Source: Octopus bimaculoides (Eukaryota). From it: a stretch of DNA of 64,000 bases. Location of the stretch: NCBI RefSeq assembly GCF_001194135.2, contig NC_068991.1:72534021-72598020 (forward strand), read 5' to 3'. Of the stretch, positions 13,721 through 27,465 are shown piece after piece (position 1 is the stretch's first letter; each line of letters begins with the position of its first letter). The translations under genes and the position numbers were made by a program. The notes below the pieces were generated by a model. The model saw only the letters and a list, made by a program, of their open reading frames with translations. It had not been told where the DNA came from and ran no database searches.

Positions 13721-13876
13721 CGTCGTCGTCGTCGTTTAACGTCCGCTTTCCATGCTAGCATGGGTTGGACGATTTGACTGAAGACTGGTGGCCCAGGAGG
13801 CGACACCAGGCTCCAATCTGATTTGGCAGAGTTTCTACAGCTGGATGCCCTTCCTAACGCCAACCACTCCAGGAGT
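13721..13876 (-). mobile_element. RTE-tailed SINE-like repeat, family C (5' truncated)
   Basis: Matches copies at 20996, 41855, 58553 and 62958. Confidence 0.8.
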
Positions 13877-13925
13877 GCCAATTGAGATAGATATTAATAA
13901 TAATAATAATAATGATGATGATGCC

Positions 13926-13959
<34 letters not shown>

Positions 13960-13962
<3 letters not shown>

Positions 13963-14158
13963 TGATAATAGGGAAAACAAAGAATTTGAACATTCAGACT
14001 TTCTGCTTGGTTTATTCATGATAATTGTCCAACACGTGTTTCGATTGTATCAACTGCAAATTGCTACGTACAATTGAAACACGTGTTGGTCAATTATCAT
14101 GAAAAAACAAAACAGAAAGTCTGAATGTTCAAATTCTTCGTTTTCCTTGCTATCAGTA
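13960..14158. repeat. Foldback inverted repeat, ~90-bp arms, 19-nt loop
   Basis: 13960-14049 is the reverse complement of 14069-14158 with few mismatches. Confidence 0.9.
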
Positions 14159-14382
14159 TTGTGATTTTACACTCTAAGTAGCCAGGGAATAAGCTGTAAC
14201 ATTGGATGGTAGTTTTTAGGATATACACCTTAAAATGGACCATTGGAAGAAACTAGCCTTGGCACTTTACATAGAGTAATGCGTTATCTGCCTGGATATT
14301 TATATCTATCTTCTTACTATATATTATTATTATTATTATTATTATTATTGTTATTATTATTTATATCTATCTTCTTACTATA

Positions 14383-14434
<52 letters not shown>

Positions 14435-15182
14435 GTTATTATTATTATTATTATTATTACTATATAATAATATATATATATATGGCTGTCAGCAGTGAGC
14501 TGGTAGAAACATTAGCATGCTGGACAAAATGCTGGGGTCGATGTAATCAACCGGGTTCATTCCCCCAAATTTGGGGCCTTTTACCTACAATAGAAAGGAT
14601 TGTTGTTTTTATTGTGTTCTGAGTATATTTTATTTATAATCTAATTTAAATTCTGAAATACATTTCATTCATGATAAATTAATATGTAACATGTCTTCTC
14701 AAAGAAGACAAAAAGTAAAACGTAAAGCTACATAATAGTAACTTCCAAGAATATTAATATAAAAAAAATGTAATTACTGATCAATATCCAATCAAACATT
14801 CACAAGTATTTTGGCTGGGAGCAATAATTGATATATTTGTTTTATTAAGGAATTCTAAATAAAGTGTCAGCTAATTATCAGCTAATTATATGATATGAAA
14901 AACTGATTGGGAATAGATATAATTATAAGACCTGCTGGTGAATTTATTAATTATTAATTATTAATTATTATGGTTCACTTACTTAAGCCATAAACCTTCT
15001 GAAGCTTTTTATAACATATTTATTGATTTTTTTAAAACTGTGATTGGTAGAAGATGGGAAGCACTGCCTTGGTTTTTACAAGAAGTGTCCCAGATAAGGG
15101 AGAATGATGTTGTTGATGTTTGGCTTGTGGTTGGATGTGTCTTTAGGAAAGTCTTTGATCGACAGAGAATTCCAGAAAATTT

Positions 15183-15580
15183 GGCGCAGGAGTGGCTGTG
15201 TGGTAAGTAGCTTGCTTACCAACCACATGGTTCCGGGTTCAGTCCCACTGCGTGGCACCTTGGGCAAGTGTCTTCTACTATAGCCTCGGGCTGACCAAAG
15301 CCTTGTGAGTGGATTTGGTAGACGGAAACTGAAAGAAGCCCGTCGTATATATGTATATATAGATGTGTGTGTTTGAGTGTCTGTGTTTGTCCTCCCAACA
15401 TCGCTTGACAACCGATGCTGGTGTGTTTACGTCCCCGTCACTTAGCAGTTCGGCAAAAGGGACCGATAAAATGAGTACTAGGCTTACAAAGAATAAGTCC
15501 TGGGATCGATTTGCTCGACTGAAGGCAGTGCTCCAGCATGGCTGCAGTCAAATGAATGAAACAAGTAAAAGAGTAAAGAG
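15183..15580 (+). mobile_element. tRNA-derived SINE, family A (full length)
   Basis: tRNA-like head, conserved body, internal (TA/TG)n, AAAGAGT-type tail; multiple copies in the window. Confidence 0.85.
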
Positions 15581-16060
15581 TATTCTAGCAAAGATAAAAA
15601 AGGCTGGCTGGCTGGCTTGTTGGCTGGATAGAGTGTGTTCTTTACTATGTGTGAGAGATGATACACAGTAAGGTTGCTAGGAGGGTGAAAAAAGATGGGT
15701 GGGTCTGGTTGGTGTAGATATGCAGTTTGCTAGGACAAACAATTGTAGCAGTGATAGAGAAGACACAGTCCACTCTTTGAGCTACTGGTTCACATTGGTC
15801 AGGGATTGAATCTTTGCCAATCAGTTGAATAGCTAAAGCTGGTTGAGAAGTTAGCTGAGCTGTATCTGACAGTGTTAACAAGAAACCTTATCATAGTTTT
15901 AGTTATTTTGTTGATGGGTTTAAAACCACTGTCATCTGGTCGTTACATTAATTTAGCTGAGTTAACATTAGGGCTGGTCATCAATCTGCGGATGACTGTC
16001 CCACTTCTTCCAAACTTTTACAGAGGCCATTAAAAAGGTCATGGATACTGCCTTTTATTT

Positions 16061-16297
16061 TTCTTATTTCTTTATTGCCCACAAGGGGCTAAACATAGAG
16101 GGGACAAACAATGACAGACAAAGGGATTAAGCTGATTACATCAACCCCAGTGCATAACTGGTACTTAATTTATCGACCCCGAAAGGATGAAAGGCAAAGT
16201 CAACCTCGGCGGAATTTGAACTCAAAACGTAACGGCAGACGAAATACCGCTAAGCATTTCGCCCGGCGTGCTAACGATTCTGCCAGCTCGACGCCTT
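16061..16297 (-). mobile_element. tRNA-derived SINE, family B
   Basis: High similarity to 27050-27285. Confidence 0.85.
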
Positions 16298-16766
16298 AAA
16301 TTTTTCTGTTAACTAAACTGATTAAAAAGAAATTTAATTTAATTAACTGTTCATTATTGACATGATGTATTTGACTTACACCTTCTTCACACACACCACT
16401 AAAAAGACTTAGGGGTAGACCTCAGGGTAAGATGGTTGAATAATGTCCATAACCTTGATTGGTATTACTGGGGGATCCAGTTGGAATATTTTCTAGTTGT
16501 TGCTTTTGCTATGATACTCTATAGGACATGTCTGAGAACTCTGCCATTCATGACCCTGACAGAAATAATGGACACCGAAAGTAGTTGGATTATAATAATA
16601 CCAATTGTTTAATTTAGATATCAATTATTTTTATGGAGAGATACTTTTCCTAAAACACCTACAATTTTCAGAATACAGTTTCTCTTTGTAAATATGTAGC
16701 TTAAATGTTTCTATGCTTAATTGGTCAATGTTTAAATTTATGTTGAATTTGTTTGTGTAATGTGTG

Positions 16767-16852
<86 letters not shown>

Positions 16853-16874
16853 TACATACATACATACATACATA

Positions 16875-17763
16875 CAGGGTGCAATGGGTAAATTGTCACC
16901 ATTTTACATTTTTTTATTTTATGCATGTGTATTGTTCGTTTTTGATTTTGTCAACTGCACAGTATAGTAGGGTCAGTTGAGCACCATCTGTGAGAAAAAT
17001 AGCACCATGATGTAATTCAGTCTGCTAGAAATTTGAAAATGACATGCTGTACTGCTTGACATTTGCACTGGAAACTCCAGTACTAACATTTCAGAGTGTT
17101 TGGGTGTCAATCTGAGGACAGTGCAATCTGAGGACATGTACCAAGAGTGATGATAATCAAACACTCAGTCAACATCATGGTGTTTGGAGTGATCACTAGT
17201 GATGGCAACGTTATGCCTACATTCATCTTCCCACATGGCCTCAACCTCAACAGAGAGGCCTACATCAAGTGCCTGGAGGAGGTAGTGCTGCCCTGGGTAA
17301 AGAGGGTGGCTGCTGGAAGACCCTATGTCTGGCAACAGGACTCTGCACCATGCCACACTGCAGGAGAATCCAGTCATGGTTGTCAGACAATTTCTGCAAC
17401 TCCATTACTCCTAACATCTGGCCAACTAACTCCCTAGACTGCAACCCCCTTGATTATTATGCATTGGGCGCAGTTGAGCGGGAGACCAACAAAACTTCAT
17501 GTAACACTAAAGATAAACTGAAGGCAAGGATTATTGCAACATTCACCAACTTAAACAAGAAGACCATTCAGAAGAGTTGCAGGAGATACCAAAGTCGTTT
17601 GGAGGCCGTGGTTGAAGCCAATGGCGATTTTTTTGAATAAATTTACTCTTTAATATTTCAAGATATTTTTATGTAATTCTGGTAAATATATCTGTTACAA
17701 TGAGATGTCAGCATTATTTTCATTTTTGCGTAATTTAGACGACGGTTTATTCACTGCACACTG
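16875..17763 (+). mobile_element. Internally deleted Tc1/mariner transposon, DD37D (maT) type
   Basis: Frameshifted transposase ...WQQDSAPCHT/RRIQSWL...NSLDCNPLDYY gives 37 residues between the 2nd and 3rd D once one lost base is restored; imperfect 23-bp TIRs (17/23), left one preceded by TA. Confidence 0.85.
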
Positions 17764-18344
17764 AATATATATACATATATGTATTATATTTTTATTTTTA
17801 TTTTATGAGAAAGTGTTATTCTTCATTATGCCTTTGTTTTCATTATCATTGTACTTCAATCAACTTGTTAATTGTACTTTAACACAACACCAGCCTCTGC
17901 ACGTCGTTTCAGCTTTTCATTTCACTCCCTACACAGCTCCAACTGGTTTACTTTAATTCAAAGGCATCGATAACTACCTTTGATTTTTTATCAATATTTT
18001 TATGTAACAACATCTTTTCATTGAGTAAACTAAATATACTTTCATTGTTGCCAGCTAAAGGTTTATATAACCATCAGAATCTTCTCTGAATATTATTTTG
18101 TTCCATAGTCATAAAACTAGTTATCACTGATATCACTCACCAATTCATATGCATTGCACATTTATAAGTTTCCACTACGTTAAGTACTATATTTCAGGGA
18201 GTTAATTTACTGCTTCGCATGTAAAGAAGTAGAAATTATTCTTCTCTAGAAAGATAGTATCTCATTCTACCGTTTTGCATTAACATGGAATTTATGTTAA
18301 GGATTTCCAGCTAATTTATACGTAACTCAACAACCAGCTATTCA

Positions 18345-18596
18345 AATGTGAGTGAGTTAGTGAGTGTGTGTGTGCATGTGTGTGAGTGTGTGTGTATGTG
18401 AGTGAGTGTGTGAGTGAGTGAGTGAGTGTGTGAGTGAGTGTGGGTGAGTGAGTGTGTGTGTTTGAGTGAGTGTGTGTGTGTGATTGATTGTGAGTGAGTG
18501 TGTGTGTGTGAGTGTGAGTAAGTGAGTGTGTGTGTGAGTGAGTGAGTGTTTATGTGTGTGAATGAGTGAGTGAGTGTGTGTGTGTGCATGTGTGCA

Positions 18597-18689
<93 letters not shown>

Positions 18690-18718
18690 TTATGTATATG
18701 TCTGTGAGAGTACATATA

Positions 18719-18756
<38 letters not shown>

Positions 18757-18760
18757 CATA
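18345..18760. repeat. Compound microsatellite (GTGA)n/(GT)n/(TA)n/(CA)n
   Basis: Direct reading. Confidence 0.9.
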
Positions 18761-18932
18761 CACACATGATGCATATACACACAAACATTGAAAAATATAC
18801 TTGGATTATTTCAAATATAACACATCTTCATAAATGTAAATATAATTTTAAGAATTGCAATTAATTAATATTCTTTAAAGATATACTCTTTTGGTTCAAA
18901 TTGTTTATTTTTGTTTGTTTTATTTCCTGTAG

Positions 18933-19135
18933 GAGAAAAGCCAGTATAACAGGAAGTCCTGGTTCATCACCCCTATCAAGTCCAAAGTTGTCTCAACGTG
19001 CTACACCAACTAATAGCCCTACTAATACTCCTCCAACATCCCCAAGAATCACCCCAGCACCATGGAAAACTCGTCTTCATACTATTAAAAACAGTTTTCT
19101 GGGATCTCCTCGCTTTCACAGACGCAAACTTCAAG
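18933..19135 (+). CDS. BRSK2: BRSK/SAD kinase exon: [18 protein letters not shown]...[25 protein letters not shown]
   Basis: Polypyrimidine tract plus tag acceptor, gtattc donor; [14 protein letters not shown] is the diagnostic BRSK/SAD autoinhibitory-region motif. Confidence 0.97.
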
Positions 19136-20995
19136 GTATTCCCTACCACAATGGCCTTCTTTTTGAAATGGATCAGATCTCAGGTGAATTATATTATAGG
19201 CATGTAGGAGTTGAAAGCATTGCTGGTTTGCAGCTGCTGCATGACCCCTGGACACAGCCTCGCTGTAACCCCTTATTACCAGCTCTTGTCACTGCTGTAA
19301 TTACTGCTTTACTAACAACCAAGCCAAACCTTAACAACATTCTGTTTTTATCTGAGATTTGAGTCATTTTTCTGACATTCTTACCATTCTTTATTTTTGT
19401 GTGTAAAACATTTTATGAATAATGTTTTTTTCTGTTGTCGTTTTTGTTTTTATAAATTACTTTGTTTTTAAATTACTTAAACTAAAACTTACAAAAACAT
19501 TTTAAATAACATATTTGAAGTCTGGTAATTCACATCTAAGTTACTATATAAGTAATTGTGTAATTTAACATATAATGATATTTTGGACAGACGTGGATCG
19601 TGAGATCTGAAGGGTGGAGGTGATGCTAGAAAAGAAAATGTTATGTCTTAAGTAAAATAGTTCCATTTAGGCATTAAAAAGAATGGGACCTAGATTTGAT
19701 TTACTGAAAACTAACATCTGCAGTTTTAGGGGATTTAATTGTAAATTACTGAAAACTGAGAATTTATCATCATTATTGCTAATGATGCAAGACTATATGT
19801 GAGATGTTAGTGTTAAATTTTGGGGAAATTTTTCAGAGGGTTGTGGAAAGTAGTGGGTCAAAAGATTGCTTTGAACTTTTTGAAAACATGGCAACCTCTC
19901 TAGTGCTGGTGCCACAAAAATATTGCATGCAGTTCATTTTGTAAAGTGGTTGCCATTAAGGAGGGCATCCAGCCCTTCCTATCAACAACCAATTTACAGT
20001 GTTTTATTTTCGCCGAACCATAAGTGAAACCTTTGAATGAAATGTGGTCCTCTGACCCACCTAGAAGTGTAGTAACAACTGTGCAACCCTTATCACAATG
20101 CAAAGCAGATATAAAACATTATTGGTGATGATTTTGAGTTATCTTGCAGTGCAGGACAGAATTCTCTTTACCAATATCGCATTTGAACTTGTTATTTATT
20201 GAGATCAATAATCATTTTCATCAATAATTTATTGTTTTAAACATATTTTATTTAGGGTTATTCCTATGTTACCAAATTGCTCTTTACTGTGTAGAATTGT
20301 ACAAGATATCAGCAATTTTCCACTTTGGTTCTGGTAAAAATAATTAAATAGGTGAAATAAAAAGTTAACAAGATGGAATTTAAATAAATGTTAATTATTT
20401 CAGTAGCTTTCTGAAGGTATTTGTTGCTAATTTTTTTCTAGCATATTTAAGTGTATATAGATGTATGATGGTATGCATGCATGTCTATATGGGTGTGCAT
20501 GTATGTGTGTGTGTGTATGCTAACATTTCATAATATTTATGGTTACTGTTTCCAGTGTCTAGTCTTCACTAATGTATATGTATGTGCATGTGTGTGTATA
20601 TTATCATCATCATTGTCTTCATCATTATCTCCACCATCATCACCATCACCACTACCATCATCACCATCATCATCATCAGCATCATTGTCATAAGTTGACA
20701 TCCTCTTCCTATGCTGGCATGAGTCGGACAGTTTAACAGCGAATGGCAAAGCAGAAGACTGCACCAAGCGCCACCGTCTGCTTTGGCATGGTTTCTATGG
20801 CTGGATGCCCTTTCTCATGCCAACCACTTTACAGAGTGTACCGGGTGCTGCTTTTTTTTTACATGACAACAGCAGCAGCAGCTGTGAGGACACCAAGTAA
20901 CCGGAAAGGCAAGACACCCCCACCTTGACTGAATAGGAAGTGGTATTGGGGGGGGGGGGCTATGTGTCAGGTGATGAGAGGTTAAAGTATGAATA

Positions 20996-21350
20996 TCATC
21001 ATCATCATCATCGTCATTTAACGTCCGCTTTCCATGCTAGCATGGGTTGGACGATTTGACTAAAGACTGGTGGACCAGATGGCTACACCAGGCTCCAATC
21101 TGATTTGGCAGAGTTTCTACAGCTGGATGCGCTTCCTAATGCCAACCACTCAGAGAGTGTAGTGGGTGCTTTTACGTGCCACCGGCATGAGGACCAGTCA
21201 GGCGGTACTGGCAACGGCCACGCTCAAAATGGTGTACTTTATGTGCCACCCGCACAAGAGCCAGTCCAGGGGCACTGGCAACGATCTTGCTCGAAAGTCC
21301 TTACACATGCCGCAGGCACAAGTGCCAGAAAGGTGACGCTGGGCACAGGT
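20996..21350 (-). mobile_element. RTE-tailed SINE-like repeat, family C
   Basis: 3' end on the minus strand reads ...GCATGGAAAGCGGACGTTAAAT(GAT)n; five or more copies in the window. Confidence 0.8.
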
Positions 21351-21409
21351 GAATAGAGTGACAAAAATAGATGTCTTGCAGTAGAAGAGAATTATGACTA
21401 CTTTAGCTG

Positions 21410-21444
<35 letters not shown>

Positions 21445-22324
21445 AGAGAGAGATAGTATAATATAGTGAAGATGTGATGGGGTGAGGTACACCCAACATA
21501 CAGGGAGGTGTATGTAAGTGAAGTGGGACCAAGGATTGGATAGGGTGAGTGTGTGGGTAAGTTCAAGGGATTGTGAAGGGTGGTGGAGAGGGAAGAGAAT
21601 GCAGCGAGCAGATGCAAATAGAGGGAGAGGGTGCCAGGAGGAGATGTTGTGGGGGAAGAAATCCAACAGGAACACATTGCGTGCACACATAATCATATTT
21701 GCATAATGATGAGTTGGAACATGTGAAGCTTTGCGCCCTTGAATGCACACAAATTCACTGCCCTCCCCCCACCTCCATTCCATTTCATAACTCCAGTAAA
21801 AAAGCATTCACTTACTATTCTGTATACACTTCTGTTATCTCCCGTCTCAATTTTGAGGAGAGGAGATTTAATCAACTATTTCACCAACCCCTGTACATGA
21901 CAGCGCTTTATTTTATCGACCTTGCAAGGATGAAAGTCAATATCGACCCTTACAGGATTTGAACTCAGAACATAAAGGATTAAAATAAGCACAAAGTAGA
22001 AGAACCATGCCTAAAAGCTATTTTATTTGGGACAATTTCATTGTTGTCTACGGATTTTACTGTGGTCTTTGTATTGAAAGATATTTGTTTGTTTGCCATT
22101 TTATTGTATCATCTCAGATCATTCGTTAATGCTGACTAATTTCTTTTAATTAATATTGTAAAATTTTGATTTCAAATTAATACCTGTAAATGTTAATTGT
22201 TTGGATGCATGCATTGCTATGGAAACTAAAATTGAAAGGTGACTAATTTTTGGTTGATTGTCACGAATTGGATGAAATTTGTATCTTATAGAATTCTGTT
22301 GACATGAATCAGTTATGACTATAT

Positions 22325-22680
22325 GTGTTTAAATGTGTGTGTGTGTGTTTGTGTTTGTTTGTGTGTGTTTGTGTGTGTGTGTTTGTGTGTGTTTGTGTTT
22401 GTTTGTTTGTGTGTGTGTGTGTGTGTGTGTATTAGTGAGTGTGTGTGTGGGTTTGTGTATGTGTGTGTTAGTGTGTGTTTGTGTGTGTGTGTTAGTGTGT
22501 GTTTGTATGTGTATGTGTGTTAGTTTGTGTGTGTGTGCATGTTAGTGAGTGTGGGGGGTTGTGTGTGTGCATGTTAGTGAGTGTGGGGGGTTGTGTGTGT
22601 GCTTCTGTGTTTGTGTGTGTGTGTGTGCTTCTGTGTTTGTGTGTGTGTGTGTGTGTATTTGTGTGTGTGTTAGTGTGTTT
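22325..22680. repeat. Degenerate (GT)n/(GTTT)n microsatellite tract
   Basis: Direct reading. Confidence 0.9.
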
Positions 22681-23644
22681 GTGTACATATATATGTGTAT
22701 ACATATATTTACACATGTATACACAAACACACACACATACACACATGCACACATGCACACGTACATGCAAGACTACTTATTCAGAGTCATTGGATGGGTT
22801 GCTTTGTGGTAATTATTCTGGGTCTCTACACTCAGAGTTCAAATCTCACCAAAGTCAACATAGTCTTTCATCCTTTCAGGGTTGATAAATAAAGTACCAG
22901 TCATGTTCCGGGGTTCGTTCTTCTCTTTCTCTCACTCTGTTTTTCTCTCTTTCTAATTTCATCCCTTTGTGGAAGAAATCAATTCTGGTCACACCTGGCA
23001 AACAGTGGGCTCCACCAGGTCTAAAGATGGCCAGGTCATACCATATGTCACAATGGTGTCCCTATGGTTCCATCAAGACATTGAGGGCCAAAAGTAAAGC
23101 AAGGCAGATATGTGTGTGTGTGGTGGGGTGTATGTATGTATGGTTGGATGACTGTATGGGAAAAAAATAGGATAAACACATATGCAGTGTATACCATAGT
23201 TTTCCTACACACGTATCGCCATTGTGGCTGTTTTGCATTTTCTGCAACGGGTGCTCATAGTACATTTGAATGCATATCAACGATGGTTCTTCTTACCATA
23301 CACACAGGCACTACTTATATACACACACACATGCACACTTAGCAGGATTTTATGGTTGGATGCTCTTCCCATTGCCAACCCTTATCTATTTTTCAGGTAA
23401 GGGATTTTTTATTCCACATGTCTTCNNNNNNNNNNNNNNNNNNNNNNNNNNNNNNNNNNNNNNNNNNNNNNNNNNNNNNNNNNNNNNNNNNNNNNNNNNN
23501 NNNNNNNNNNNNNNNNNNNNNNNNNNNNNNNNNNNNNNNNNNNNNNNNNNNNNNNNNNNNNNNNNNNNNNNNNNNNNNNNNNNNNNNNNNNNNNNNNNNN
23601 NNNNNNNNNNNNNNNNNNNNNNNNNNNNNNNNNNNNNNNNCTGT

Positions 23645-23855
23645 TGCTCCATTCTACTCAACTGGCAAAACTGAGTTGCACCTGTAATTCAAAGGGCCAG
23701 CCTTGTCACATTCTGTATAATATTCAATCTCCCTGAGAACCACATTAAGGGTACACATGTCTGTGGAGTACTCAGCCACTTAAACATTAATTTCATGAGC
23801 AGGCTGTTCTGTTGATTAGATCAACTGGAACCCTTGATGTCATAACTGACAGAGT
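23645..23855 (+). mobile_element. 3' part of SINE family D
   Basis: Reverse complement of part of 55821-56202. Confidence 0.7.
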
Positions 23856-24081
23856 ACCAGATAACTTATATACTCATGTGCACTCACATGCATCTAAACC
23901 CAAATACACATACACTGTGGGATTCCACACAGTTTCCATTGACCAAATTCATTCATAAGGCATTGTTTGATGTAGAGATATATGAATATTTGTGTAATCT
24001 ACATGAAATGGTATCAAGAAGAGACACCATTAAAGGAGAAATAACAATTTCTACATTTATAATGCTTTACCAGTTGGCACA

Positions 24082-24601
24082 TTCATCATCATCCATCATT
24101 TTGAATCTAAGTTTTGTCCCATTAACAGGCGTGGTTGGATCTACCTCAATGCCATAGCAACTGCCCTCACACCATCTTGCCTGGTTTTGGGTGTCCTCTC
24201 TCCTCAAGCCAACCCTCCCAATCTCCTCCTCTACTTGTCCCCTCCACCTTTTCTTCAGTCTACGTTGCTTTTGCTGTCCATTTACCCCAAACTCAAGCAC
24301 CCTCCTCAGAACATTCTCCTCATCCCTCCTCAACACATGCCCATACCACTGCACGTCATTCACCCTTACCAGCTGTTCCACTGATTCCTCCAACTCCTGC
24401 ATCCCCATCAAGTCGTCAGTCAAACAGCCTCACACCACACATTTCGCTCACCATTGCTCTCTCAGTCCTCAAAATTGCCATCTCTCTCTCCCTCAAACAC
24501 CATGTCGCACTCCCATACAGCATTGCAGCTCTCACACAACTCCTATAGAACTTTCCTTTCATCTTCAATGAGAACCTTTTCCCCACATAATAATGCCCCA
24601 C
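24082..24601 (-). mobile_element. RTE-clade LINE 3' fragment
   Basis: ORF track gives KGKFYRSCVRAAMLYGSATW...QWYGHVLRR...KKRW, the typical RTE C-terminus, followed by a (GAT)n tail. Confidence 0.85.
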
Positions 24602-25545
24602 ATTCCCTGAACTTCACTCAGCACACTAAATTTACTTAACAACTGATTGATTATAGACAGAAGATTTATAAGAACCACAATACTTCAGGTAGCTCAAAAT
24701 AGGCTGGTATTTATGGTGGATTTACTTGGACTGATATTTTCTGACTGATGTTGCTATTTGTGGTGTTCTGATTCATTCAGGAGACTTGTATTATCCATGA
24801 AGAAAGAAGAAGCTTGCAGGTGATGTGACACATCTTAGAATTTCCTTGCAAATGAATTTATTTTCTGTGGATATATACTATTGTTATTTTTAGAGAATGT
24901 TGTTGTCAAGGAAAGTGAGCTGGCAGAAGCATTAACGCTATAGGGCTAAATGGTTCTTTATGTTTTGAGTTCAAATCCTGCAAAGGTAAACTCAGCCTTT
25001 CAACCTTCCATGTCAGTAAAACAAACATCAGTCATACTGAGGTTCATGGTATCAACTTACCATCCCACCTCAAAATTTCTGGCCTTATCTCTAAATGAGA
25101 AACCATTATAAGAGGGAGTTGTAGGGCAATGGTGGGGCAAAATGGTTAGAATGTTAGAAAAATGTGCCTCGCAGTATTTCTTTCATCTTTTTAATTTCTG
25201 AGCTCATGTTGTTTTTCATCCATTTGGGGGTCAATATAATAAAGTACAACTCAAGTACAAGGGTTGATTTAATCAACAAACCCTTCATGATACGGCAGGG
25301 GTAAACCAACATATGCTGTCAGGCTCTGCTGCTGATATTGGGGGTTGTGCTCTATGCCTTGACCTGAGCATTGGATGGGGCTTGCCTCACGAGCTGGGAA
25401 ATGAATGGAATGCCTGGTGTGTGTCTTGTGGCCACCCCCTCCTAAAAAGAAAATGGAGAGTAGGCCTGGGTATATGTATGTATATGTATAAAAATAACAT
25501 TTTTGGATTTCTAGTTTAGCAATTTAACTTTATGCATTTGCTTAA

Positions 25546-25784
25546 CCCTTCCGTTATCATATTTCTGGTAAATTGCACTTTCTTTGTTTCATTTGATTTT
25601 GAAAATAATTAGGGCTAGGGTTAGGGGTAGAAAATACCTTTACCATGGTTAAAAATGGTATTTGTAACATAATGAACAGGAAATTTTAATGGACATTTTT
25701 AATATAGATCACTTTCGTAAGGAAGTTTGTGTCACAGAAGCCATAGAACCAAGGGTAGTGCCAGATGGTTTGGTATCAAAAGGG
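25546..25784. mobile_element. piggyBac-type MITE
   Basis: TTAA flanks at 25542 and 25785; CCCTT...AAGGG termini. Confidence 0.75.
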
Positions 25785-25943
25785 TTAAGAGGAAATAAAC
25801 AACATGGTTTTTTTTACCTGTTTTTCTATTATTTTTTTTAGAAAAAATTTCTGTGGAAATGTGATAAGTCTTTGTTTTATGAAAAGTATTGATGTTCTAT
25901 GAAATGTGTGTTTAAATTAATTTTGTCCTTTTTATTTTTACAG

Positions 25944-25989
25944 TTCCCACGAGCGACGATCTTGGTTGTACTCCTGAATCCTCTCCTGA
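25944..25989 (+). CDS. BRSK2: BRSK/SAD kinase exon: (V)PTSDDLGCTPESSPE
   Basis: Long polypyrimidine tract plus cag, gtgagt donor; TPESSPE motif; phase 1-2. Confidence 0.93.
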
Positions 25990-26302
25990 GTGAGTAAATG
26001 TTTTGATAACTTTTGGGAATTGTATCTGTGATCATCAATCTTCAATGCACCACAGAGACCCTCCATCACATATTATTGTACAATATTATCTCAAAAAACA
26101 AAAAAACTGAATATAATGGCGTTTATGTACTCTAACCCTTTAGCATTCAGATTAAATTAATTTTCATGAATTATGTGTCTTAATTATGTAATTATTGAAT
26201 CAGTTATGCTTATTCCTAATGAAACAGCTGTTGAAAGTACTTAACTGATGATCTATCTGTGAAACTTATGCTTTTCTGCCTTTTATAATAAACACACACA
26301 CA

Positions 26303-26349
<47 letters not shown>

Positions 26350-26391
26350 CATTTGTCGCTGTGGCTGTAAACCCTGTGCATTTATTTTCAG

Positions 26392-26515
26392 AATGACAAA
26401 ACGGTCATGGTTTGGTGCTCTAATGGGAACAGAGCGAGAAGAACATCACTTTGTTATTGTACGTGACAAACCCTTGAGTCAAGTGAAAGCAGATTTAGTT
26501 CATGCTTTCCTTTCA
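26392..26515 (+). CDS. BRSK2: BRSK/SAD kinase exon: MTKRSWFG...RDKPLSQVKADLVHAFLS (start of KA1)
   Basis: ttttcag acceptor, gtaagt donor; SWFG and DKPLS..KAD.VHAFLS motifs; phase 2-0. Confidence 0.97.
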
Positions 26516-27049
26516 GTAAGTTCAGCGCTTTTTATTTTTGTTAATTACAAAAAAAAAATATAAATAAAACTATTAATTATTTCTCTGTGATTTTATTTGG
26601 TTAATTGCTGCAGAAAAATTGTTTGTATCCTTTTCTTATTTTAAAATGATTTTAAACTTGTCTTACTATGTTTACCATATTTCTAATTCTGCTGTACCAT
26701 GCTAGATATTCTTGTGTTAATTGCTGTTGCATTGTGTGTGTGTAATGTCCATTGATATCTTTTGGGAGACTTGCATGCATGGGTAACTGTTAGTCACTCA
26801 CAAGAAAAAAAAAGAAAAACTTTGTCAAGCTTGTGCATACAGATGCAGATGTATAACCAGTCTTGACTGATGGCTGCCCCTTACCCCTAATGTTATACTG
26901 TGAGAGAGAGAGAGAGATGAAAAAGCAGTTGGTTATCAAAGATATAAATTGAAGTATGCAGCATGAGAACTATAATGTTATGAAGATATGATGTATGTGG
27001 ACAATGAGGATTAAGAGAAAATATTTTGTGTACTGTTTGTGGAAGGGTT

Positions 27050-27285
27050 TCTTATTTCTTTACTGCCCACAAGGGGCTACACACAGAGGGGACAAAGAAG
27101 GACAGACAAACGGATTAAGTCGATTATATCGACCCCAGTGCGTAACTGGTACTTATCTAATCGACCCCGAAAGGATGAAAGGCAAAGTCGACCTCAGCGG
27201 AATTTGAACTCAGAACGTAACGGCAGACGAAATACTGCTAAGCATTTTGTCCGGCGTGCTAACGTTTCTGCCAGCTCGCCGCCTT
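27050..27285 (-). mobile_element. tRNA-derived SINE, family B
   Basis: Matches other family B copies. Confidence 0.85.
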
Positions 27286-27308
27286 ACCCCAGCTGGACGG
27301 GACGCCAG

Positions 27309-27465
27309 TCCATCAGCGTTACTCATTTTTGCCAGCTGAGTGGACTGGAGCAACATGAAATGAAGTGTTTTGCTCAAGAACACAACGCGTCACCCGGTCC
27401 AGGAATCGAAACCACAATCTTATATCATGGTGCTGACACCCTAACCGCTAGGCCACGCGCCTCCA
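27309..27465 (-). mobile_element. tRNA-derived SINE with CORE-like domain
   Basis: Minus strand: tRNA-like head with B box GGTTTCGATTCC, then GTGTTCTTGAGCAAAACACTTCATTTCA.GTTGCTCCAGTCCACTCAGCTG, resembling the CORE block. Confidence 0.65.

Noticed and set aside
18901-19362. 153-aa ORF as a single coding unit
   Set aside because: Only 18933-19135 is BRSK-like and bounded by splice sites; the rest is intron read-through.
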